NCBI GenBank assembly: GCA_002269645.1
Contig: NIVC01000598.1
Span: 656,286-720,285, forward strand
Direction: 5' to 3'
Length of the DNA stretch: 64,000 bases
From: Macrostomum lignano
Lineage: Eukaryota
In this document: one piece after another, positions 53,014 through 64,000 of the stretch
How positions within the stretch are numbered: the stretch's first letter is position 1
Layout: the number at the start of each line of letters is the position of its first letter
The notes under the pieces: model-generated
What the model was told of the DNA's origin: nothing
Database searches by the model: none
Seen by the model: only the letters and a program-made list of their open reading frames with translations
Made by a program: the position numbers and the translations under genes

Positions 53014-53898
53014 TGATGTAACCGCCCTTGTCGCCTGTCCGCTCCGTAGAGAGACGAACGCATGGCTAGAGGGGGCAATGACCGTAGGCTGCCTATGACC
53101 GGGCAATGACCTGACGGACCTCCAGCACCAGACTGTCCCGCCCACATGATTAGTAGCTTTGGTAGCGCTTCGTGACCAGAGGGCCAAGGACCCACATGGA
53201 CCCCACCTGTAGCCAAGGTGCAATAGTTGGTCACTCGGTCATGGTATGACCGAGTGGCTGCCACCACTCTATGTGACCTGGCGCACCTGGATCTTTCTAC
53301 CAGACCTCTCGAGGCTAGAGCCCCGCCTGGATTGGTTACCAGGGGATTTAGGCTAACAGGGGAGACGCATGCAGCCGAGTACAGGGACTCTGCTTGGGGC
53401 ATGATCGGGAACTCTGGGCTCAATCCTGGAGGATTTCTCAGCAGGGGATCCTTTGTGGCTGTGAGCGAGGCTGGCTTGCGACTTTGATTACTAAGAGTAG
53501 TATGAGGCGAACATGTACTATCTACAGTTTAGATTGCTCAGGGCGAAGGGACGCGTTAGCATGGGGTTGCAACCTTCCTACTGCCATTCTGTGCCAAGAC
53601 TCGCTAATCCCTCTACTAGACGCACACGCGGCCCCGCAGCACGCACTCACAGGCGGGCTTTGCACGGGGAGAGGCCATTAGCTTACCCAAACTTCCTTAT
53701 GCTTTGCCACCCCGGGAGAAAGGCTTAGCAAGCCATGAGTGAAATGATGGTGAAAGATTGAATAATGATGAAGTTAGTTAATAGTTAATAATTAGGCCCT
53801 TAGGCAAATAAGCAGGCAATTAGGCAGCTTCACTATTGAGTAAAATACAGCAAAAGATACGGTATCACAATTGGCTCAGCTCTCTAATCAGACAATGG
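53014..53898 (-). repeat. Truncated 5' LTR (U5-side 885 bp only)
   Basis: Near-identical to 43952-44836; the one difference I noticed is G44458/A53520. Confidence 0.9.
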
Positions 53899-54617
53899 CT
53901 TAGCAAGCCTTTCCCCCGGGGTGGCAAAGCATAAGGAAGTTTGGGTAAGCTAATGGCCTCTCCCCGTGCAAAGCCCGCCTGTGAGTGCGTGCTGCGGGGC
54001 CGCGTGTGCGTGCAGTAGAGGGATTAGCGAGTCTTGGCACAGAATGGCAGTAGGAAGGTTGCAACCCCATGCTAACGCGTCCCTTCGCCCTGAGCAATCT
54101 AAACTGTAGATAGTACATGTTCGCCTCATACTACTCTTAGTAATCAAAGTCGCAAGCCAGCCTCGCTCACAGCCACAAAGGATCCCCTGCTGAGAAATCC
54201 TCCAGGATTGAGCCCAGAGTTCCCGATCATGCCCCAAGCAGAGTCCCTGTACTCGGCTGCATGCGTCTCCCCTGTTAGCCTAAATCCCCTGGTAACCAAT
54301 CCAGGCGGGGCTCTAGCCTCGAGAGGTCTGGTAGAAAGATCCAGGTGCGCCAGGTCACATAGAGTGGTGGCAGCCACTCGGTCATACCATGACCGAGTGA
54401 CCAACTATTGCACCTTGGCTACAGGTGGGGTCCATGTGGGTCCTTGGCCCTCTGGTCACGAAGCGCTACCAAAGCTACTAATCATGTGGGCGGGACAGTC
54501 TGGTGCTGGAGGTCCGTCAGGTCATTGCCCGGTCCTAGGCAGCCTACGGTCATTGCCCCCTCTAGCCATGCGTTCGTCTCTCTACGGAGCGGACAGGCGA
54601 CAAGGGCGGTTACATCA
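53897..54617 (+). repeat. Inverted copy of the LTR U5 end (721 bp)
   Basis: Reverse complement of 53014-53734 with a few substitutions; ends GGCGGTTACATCA|TATC. Confidence 0.9.
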
Positions 54618-55990
<1,373 letters not shown>

Positions 55991-56539
55991 CAGAGTTTAT
56001 GTGAGTTTTTTCACAATAAAAAAATCAGAAATTCCGAAATGAGCAAAGTGACCGCAGCAGGCTGGAATTCCCAGGAGCTCGCCGGCAATCGGAAATAAAA
56101 CTGCTCAAATCCTTGCCCGGTTTGCTCAGTATTGAAACTTTTTTCAACCGCTTCTCAGCAACTTGCGTGAGCAGTCCTGGGGTCTAAGCAGTTAGCTCAA
56201 AAAAGCTTTAGTGGCTTCCAACACTCGTTGCGGAAGCGCTGGCTTCAGCGGCAGGTGCACAAACACTCCCCAGACTGGGGGGTTGGGAAATTTCTCTAAG
56301 TAGGTGGGTCCCGCTCCCTAAATGAGGAGAAACCAGACGATCCTTGGGTGGAACAAAGGAGGCCCACAGGAGGGTCAGACGCTGACAGCGGCAGCTGAAG
56401 AAACAAATCAAAAGCATGGGGTATGCCGATGTACAGATTCCCGCACAGGGCTGCGAGCAAACGAGGGACTGCATCAGCTGAGCCTTTTGATGCGCTAAAA
56501 TCTGATATTGCAAACTCGCGCAAACTACGATATTGTAGA

Positions 56540-57025
56540 ATGGCGCAAATCTGCGATGGTAAAATGGCGCCAATCTGAGATTGTAAAATGGCGCTAATTC
56601 GGAGATTGTAAACTGGCGCAAACTATGATATTGCAAAATGACGCCAATCTGAGATTGCAAAATGGCGCCAACTATGAAATTATAAAATGGCGCCAACTAA
56701 TGGGATTGTAAAATGGCGCCAACTATGAGATTGTAAAATGGCGCCAACTATGAGATTGTAAAATGGCGCCAACTAATGAGATTGTAAAATGGCGCCAACT
56801 AATGAGATTGTAAAATGGCGCCAACTAATGATATTGTAAAATGGCGCCAACTAATGGGATTGTAAAATGGCACCAACTAATGAGATTGTAAAATGGCGCC
56901 AACTAATGAGATTGTAAAATGGCGCCAACTAATGATATTGTAAAATGGCGCCAACTAATGGGATTGTAAAATGGCGCCAACTATGAGATTGTAAAATGGC
57001 GCCAACTAATGAGATTTTAAAATGG
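56540..57025 (+). repeat. 25-26-bp minisatellite AAAATGGCGCCAACTAATGAGATTGT
   Basis: Visible. Confidence 0.92.
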
Positions 57026-57223
57026 GCCAATTCTGATATTCTACTTTAGGAATCTATTCTTTTAGATCCTCAAATGCGATGACTCAAAGAATCTTGAGTA
57101 ATTAAAAAATCATTGAAATACTTTATAAATACTGAATAATCAGCTAGAAAAAACGCGGAAACCCCGCGGAAAATCCGCGGAATTTGCGCTGGTCAGGCCA
57201 CTCGGGCAGTGCCCCGCACTCAC

Positions 57224-57887
57224 CGCAGTGGTAGCCGCAGTTCGGTGAATAATCGCCAGCTGACGGGCCCAGCAGGAGCGGCGGCGGCGGCATCGGTGGC
57301 GGCGGCGACGGCGGCGGCGTCAGGGGCAACTGCTGCTGCTCCTGCTGCTGCTGCCTGTTCACCTTGCCTCTCCGCCGTCTCCTTCGACCACCGCAGGTGC
57401 GACACCTCAGACAGAAGATCGCCCCGATCAGCACCAGCGATACGGCTAGCGTCACCGTCACCATGGCAACGATGATCACCAGGTTGCTCTCGGAAGTCCG
57501 AGCGGACGGTCCACCGAAGGCGCTGTCCGGCTGCTCCAGGATGCGGATCTCCATCGTCTCGATGCTGTTCAGCCGGCGGGGCCGGCCGCGGTCGGAGGCG
57601 TTCAGCACCAGACGGTGCACCGTCGACAAGTCGCGCTGGGGGTCCACAGGACGGCCCAGAGACAGCACGCCGTCGCTGCTGACCACGAAGAGATTGTCGT
57701 AGGGTTGCGGGGCGAGCAGGCTGTACACCACCGTGCCGTTGTCCCCATAGTCAGCGTCGATGGCGTGTAGGTGAGCGATGGGGCTGCCGACTGGCCGGTG
57801 CTGCGAGATGTTCAACGTGCGGCCGGACTCGCCAGGGAACATCCAGCGGGGCCGGTTGTCGTTGCGGTCCAGCACTGAAACTGACAC
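57224..57887 (-). CDS. Protocadherin exon 2 (end of EC6, EC7, TM, juxtamembrane)
   Basis: Acceptor GCACTCAG|GTG (phase 0); VSVSVLDRNDNRP; TM LVIIVAMVTVTLAVSLVLIGAIFCL. Donor TGCG|GTGAGT at 57223 (phase 1); if unspliced, the frame stops at 57144. Confidence 0.88.
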
Positions 57888-57949
57888 CTGAGTGCGGCGG
57901 TGGGGACCAACGGCACTGTGTAACTGCCAGTTTATACAACTTCACTCCA

Positions 57950-58245
57950 ATCCCACCCTAATCCCAACTCAATCCCATTCCAATCCCACCCCACACCCCA
58001 ATCCCACCCCACACCCCAATCCCACCCCACACCCCAATCCCACAGGGGTGCTTTCACAAGGGACTTCATAAGGTCGAAATTTCACAACGTCGAAAACTTT
58101 GACCTTGTGAAGTTTCGACCTTGCGAAAGAAGGTGCTTTCGACGTTGTGAAATTTTCGAGCTTGTGAAACCCCCCTATCCCACCCAAATCCCACCCCAAT
58201 CCCACCCAAATCCCACCTCAATCCCACCCCAATCCCACGCCAATC
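57950..58245 (+). repeat. C-rich CCCACCCCAAT-type repeats in protocadherin intron 1
   Basis: Visible at both ends of the 362-bp intron. Confidence 0.75.
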
Positions 58246-58249
58246 CCAC

Positions 58250-60340
58250 CTGCGCTGTGTCGGCCAGTCCAGCCCCGTCGTCGGCCACCAGCAAGAAGCT
58301 GTGCGAGTCGCGCTGCTCGCGGTCCAGCTCGCCAGCCCCCGTGGTGAACACGCCGCCGTCGGGCGACACTCTGAACAACTCGACTAAGCCGCCGCCGCTG
58401 CTGTCGTCGGGCTCCAAGCGGAAGCTGACGTTCCGGTGCCGCGGCTCGACGTCGCAGTCAACGGCGATGGCGCTGCCAAGCCGGGCGCCGGCTGCCGCTC
58501 CCTCCTCCACCGCGAGGTCGTAGCGGCGGCGGTTCAGTTGCGGCCGACAGTCGTTCAAGTCGGCGATTTCGACCACCAGACTGGCGGTGGCGGTCAGCGC
58601 GTCTCGGCCGCCTGTCCTCGGCGAGTCCTCGGCGAACACGACGGCGTTCAAAACATCGACTTTCTCCCGATCGAAGCTCCGCCGCGCCGTCACGGTGCCG
58701 TTGTACGCGTCGACGTTGAAATCGGCGGCGGAGGTCGGCGCTATCGAGTAGCGCACCCTGCCGTTGGCGCCCTCGTCTGGATCGTCGGCGTGCAGCTGCG
58801 CCACGAAGGCGCCGGCGCCGGAATTCTCGGCCAGGCTGGCGCGCACCGACGTGGCTGCGAATGTCGGAGGGTTGTCGTTGACGTCGGTGACGTCGATTCG
58901 GAGTCGGTGCCGGCCCTCCTGGCTGGGGCTGCCGCCGTCCCGGCAGACGATCTCGGCTGAGTAGGACGCCCGGATCTCGCGGTCGAAGCTGACGCTGCTG
59001 ACAATTTTGAACTGGTGCTTGGCCGACTCGTACAGCGGCCGGATGTCGAACTGGCCGGGCGGCTGCACGCTGCAGTCAAGCCGCTGCTCCATGCCTTTGT
59101 CGTCGGCGTCTTTCACGTCCGCGGTGGCAATGAGGCTGCCCGGCGGCGAGTTCTCGAGGATCTGCAGCGCGTCTGTTGGCGCAGCGTCGGGCTGGACGCT
59201 CTTCACCGTGATCACCGGCGGGTTGTCGTTGACATTCTGGACGCGGACTTTAACGGTGGTCTCGACGGGGTGCTTGCCGTCAGACACAGTGACGGGGATG
59301 CTGTACTCGCGGCGGATCTCGTAGTCGAGCTGCTGCACCGAGATTACTCCGGTTTTGGCGTCGATTTTGAAGTCATTGAGGACGGCCTGGCTGGCGGAGA
59401 CGCTGAAGCGGTAGCTCAGGCTGTCGGACTCGTCCCGGTCGGTGGCCTCTACGCGGAGCAGCTCGCTGCCCGGCGGCAGAGACTCCGGCACGACCGTGTC
59501 GGGTCCCTCGTCGTAGCGCCGTTTGAATACCGGCGCATTGTCGTTGATGTCGATGAGCTGGACGCTGACGGTGACCGAGCCGGTCAGAGGACGCGCAGCG
59601 CCATCCACGGCAGCGATCACTAGCTCGTGGTTGGGCCGCGTCTCCCTGTCGAGGTCGGCGAGCACCTCCAGCCAGACGTGCGGAGCAGCGGCGGTCGGGT
59701 CCCGGCCGCCGGACCGTCGCTCGTAGGCCACTCGGAAGGCGCCAGGCTGTGAGGCAGACAACAGTTTGTAGGAGCTGGTGGTGTTGGCCGGCGCTCTGTC
59801 CGGGTCCTCAGCCAGCTGCAGGCTGATGCGTTCGCCCGGCTGCGTGTGCTCCGCCATCTCCAGCTGCAGCCGCGCCATCGTCCAACGCGGTGCGTTATCG
59901 TTGACGTCGATAACGTCGAGTTCCAGCTGTATGATGTCGCGGAAGTTTCCCGCTGGCAGCCGGGAGTCCAGCAGGCCGACGGTCGGCGACAGGCGGCAGT
60001 CCTGGCTGCTGGCGCTCGGACAGCAGGTGTCCACCAGCGAGCAGATGGACTCCCGGTCGATGCGGGAGCGAATCTCCACGGCGCCGCTTGCCGGATCGAC
60101 GCTCAAGAGGCCGCCCGCGTCTGACAGTGTTGTGAATTCGAGCTCGGGCGAGTCGGCGTCAGCACGGCCGGCCTGGTCGCGGAGCAGTCGGCGAAGGTCG
60201 GCGACGCGGCTGCCCACGGGCAGCTCCTCGACGAAGCTGTGCCGCAGCTCCACGCGGCCCGTCTTGGCGGACGCGGCCGAGAAGGTGGCGGCGATTGAAA
60301 AGGCGATGCAGAGCTGCTTCATGATGGAGAGCGGCTGCAT
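58250..60340 (-). CDS. delta1-type protocadherin, exon 1 (signal peptide, EC1-EC6)
   Basis: Signal peptide MQPLSIMKQLCIAFSIAATFSAASA (ATG 60340 or 60322). Repeated DRE, DxD and DxNDN-P motifs; Cys-bearing EC1 insert. Donor CAG|GTGGGA at 58249, phase 0. Confidence 0.92.
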
Positions 60341-60380
60341 CACCTGTTGCAGAGGGAGAAGCAGGTGTGTGCAGCTGGCC

Positions 60381-60738
60381 TCTGACTCTCTCAAAGTTGT
60401 CTGACATTTCTGTTTGACACTCTCAAAGTTGTCTGACATCCCCGCCTGACTCTCTCAAGGCTGTCTGACATCCCCGCCTGACTCTCTCAAGGCTGTCTGA
60501 CATCCCCGCCTGACTCTCTCAAGGTTGTGTGAAATCCCTGCCTGACCCTTTCAAGGTTGTCTGACATCCCCTCCTGACTCTCCCAAGGTTGTCTGACATC
60601 CCCTCCTGACTCTCTCAAGGATGTCTGACATCCCCGTCTGACTCTCTCAAGGATGTCTGACATCCCCCCTGACTCTCTCAAGGTTGTCTGAAATCCCTGC
60701 CTGACTCTCTCAAGGTTGTCTGACATCCCCGCCTGACA
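60381..60738 (+). repeat. ~32-bp minisatellite CTGACTCTCTCAAGGTTGTCTGACATCCCCGC abutting the protocadherin start
   Basis: Visible; most units carry a minus-strand ATG. Confidence 0.9.
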
Positions 60739-61304
60739 CACAATACAATTCTGACTCTTAAACAGTATTGAAGCTTCTTCTGACCTGTCAGTCAGTCAGT
60801 TTGAAATCAAAACTTGTCAGTTAAGATATTTTAATCTGCTGGGAGCTGCCGCGGTAAATATTTTATAACCTGGCATCTACAGGAGTACACCTTCATTTTT
60901 AGCATCACTATACGGGCAATGCATTTCCTATCCAGTTTTTTCTTTCCCTCTTTTAGAAGCAGCAGCAGCCGCCAAATCCATGCTGCAGCCACCCCAAAAA
61001 TCCTTGGAATTGCACTGCGCGGCTCGCCTGAATATTGACATTTGCCACGTAGTCAAATACAGAATTTCCTCAGTTCTCACACCACCCTCAGCGCTGCCAC
61101 TGGAAGCATTCGGAAGCCCCGCATGAAGGACTTCCTTGGCCACAGTTGCTCGGCAAGTGCGACTGCACTGTTATTGGAGAGGCCTCTGAGGTTGAGTTTC
61201 TCGCTTTATTACTTACGGCTGACCTCGTGCGGATCTTTGTGGCTTCCAAGGAATTAAATACTTCTGTAGACTTAATCTTGGTGCCATTGTACTAGCTTTG
61301 GCGC

Positions 61305-61592
61305 CAGTGGACGAGATTTAGCGTCATTAGACTAGATTTAGCGTCATTAGACTAGATTTAGCGCCATTAAACTAGATTTGGCCCTATTGGACTAAATTTG
61401 GCGCCATTAAACTAGATTTGGCGTCATTAGACTAGAATTGGCGCCATTAGACTAGATTTAGCGTCATTAGGCTAGATTTGGCGACATTAGATTAGATTTG
61501 GTGCCATTGGATTAGATTTGGCGCTATTAAACTAGATTTGGCGCCATTAGACTAGATTTGGCGCCGTTAAACTAGATTTGGCGCCATTGGAC
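61305..61592 (+). repeat. 20-bp minisatellite ACTAGATTTGGCGCCATTAG
   Basis: Visible. Confidence 0.9.
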
Positions 61593-62468
61593 TATGATGG
61601 GGCTATGATGGTCATTGTTAGGGGGCTATGATAGTAATTGTAAAGGGGCTATGATGGTCATTGTAAAGGGGCTATGATGGTCATTGTTAGGGGGCTATGA
61701 TAGTAATTGTAAAGGGGCTATGATGGTCATTGTTAGGGGGCTATGATAGTAATTGTAAAGGGGCTATGATGGTCATTGTAAAGGGGCTATGATGGTCATT
61801 GTTAGGGGGCTATGATAGTAATTGTAAAGGGGCTATGATGGTCATTGTTAGGGGGCTATGATAGTAATTGTAAAGGGGCTATGATGGTCATTGTAAAGGG
61901 GCTATGATGGTCATTGTTAGGGGGCTATGATAGTAATTGTAAAGGGGCTATGATGGTCATTGTAAAGGGGCTATGATAGTAATTGTAAAGGGGCTATGAT
62001 AGTAATTGTAAAGGGGCTATGATGGTCATTGTTAGGGGGCTATGATAGTAATTGTAAAGGGGCTATGATGGTCATTGTAAAGGGGCTATGATAGTAATTG
62101 TAAAGGGGCTATGATGGTCATTGTAAAGGGGCTATGATGGTCATTGTTAGGGGGCTATGATAGTAATTGTAAAGGGGCTATGATGGTCATTGTAAAGGGG
62201 CTATGATAGTAATTGTAAAGGGGCTATGATAGTAATTGTAAAGGGGCTATGATGGTCATTGTTAGGGGGCTATGATAGTAATTGTAAAGGGGCTATGATG
62301 GTCATTGTAAAGGGGCTATGATAGTAATTGTAAAGGGGCTATGATAGTAATTGTAAAGGGGCTATGATGGTCATTGTTAGGGGGCTATGATAGTAATTGT
62401 AAAGGGGCTATGATAGTAATTGTAAAGGGCTATGATAGTAATTGTAAAGGGGCTATGATGGTCATTGT
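61593..62468 (+). repeat. 23-bp minisatellite GGGGCTATGAT(GGTC/AGTA)ATTGTAAA
   Basis: Visible; directly adjoins the 20-bp array. Confidence 0.93.
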
Positions 62469-63321
62469 GAGTGAGCTATGAGGGTCCAATATAAAAGCTG
62501 TTTAACTGATCGATAAAAACAAACAGTCCTAAAATCCAGAAATCCCTGTATTTGCAATCTAATTTTAATACAAAATCCTCAAACTCTTAAGCACAGTCTC
62601 ATATTTTTCTTGAAAAATTTCTCAAAATCAGAAAAGAGAAAATAGCCTAAGCAGTTTGAGAAGAGCATATTGAAATTGAGAAACTGTGTGGTTATTAGGT
62701 ATATTTATGGTGCCAAATAGGCTTCAGGGCTGCGCTAAGGATGGGAGGAACTTGAGAACTTGACCAGCCATAGCTGCCATTGCGTCACACTTTCCTTTCC
62801 TTGGGACAAGTGGGCTTGGGAGGAGGGAAAGCGTATCCCATTTTTCTTTTATTCAGGGGGATTTTGAAAGCGAGAGGAGATGAATACAAGGGGCAGGAAG
62901 GGCTCTTGCCTCCTCAGTCCAGAGCCTGGGCCTCCATGCAGCAAAGTCTAGAAGAGCAACAAGGTTTTCTGGATGGTGAGGAAGGGCTATGCTGCTATAC
63001 GATTGAGTCATCCGGCATCCAGGTGACAGGTGCGAGTGAAAGTGACTGACAAGCGTGAACAGTGCGATAGTGTGACTATTGTGTAAATTATATATTATAT
63101 GCTGTCAAGCCATTTTGGCCCAGCCGTCTTGTCACGCACACTTCCTGGGGGTGCTTGGGCACGAGCTGTTAAAAATAAATAAACTGCACTTAACTGAGGT
63201 GACTGCGCTAGGAATGACTGGGTGCTGGGGTGTCCGAAGGACTGCTTTCACAAAGTGGGTCACCAATACCTAAATATTAGGATGTCATCAATCAGCTATC
63301 CCAGGGTTTGCTTTGTCTTAA

Positions 63322-64000
<679 letters not shown>

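Noticed and set aside
60341-60439. ORF-track start MSDNFESVKQ as the true protocadherin N-terminus
   Set aside because: Derived from the minisatellite; the signal peptide begins at 60340/60322.
62700-63320. Possible second element end beside the terminal (GATA)n array
   Set aside because: No TGATGTAAC-type terminus, similarity to the LTR or convincing coding motif seen.

Overview
Repeat-rich animal genomic DNA with spliced, GC-rich exons. Gene content and style suggest a flatworm such as Macrostomum; that is an inference I cannot verify. I reconstructed four host genes by hand, with every splice phase matching: (1) a 4-exon DEG/ENaC channel subunit (+, 3062-13632, 567 aa) with non-canonical RG and GLT motifs; (2) a 2-exon myosuppressin/DMSR-like class A GPCR (+, 20083-24609, 445 aa); (3) a 2-exon type I membrane mucin (-, 37456-34198, 1057 aa); (4) a 6-exon delta1-type protocadherin (-, 60340-38496, about 1133 aa). 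The protocadherin's 15-kb intron 2 holds the most unusual feature, a 10.7-kb LTR retroelement (43952-54617) embedded in a (TATC)n array. It has a 2.2-kb LTR with inverted-repeat ends, a tRNA-Leu PBS, gag and protease joined by a -1 frameshift signal, and no visible RT/RNase H/integrase. It also carries a candidate spliced antisense gene and a fold-back that gives it two U5 ends. Also present: a CORE-type tRNA SINE, decayed Tc1 and mariner copies, an 819-bp Tc1-like deletion derivative with 150-bp TIRs, hAT-like MITEs and many micro/minisatellites. Most long entries in the ORF track are repeat artefacts.
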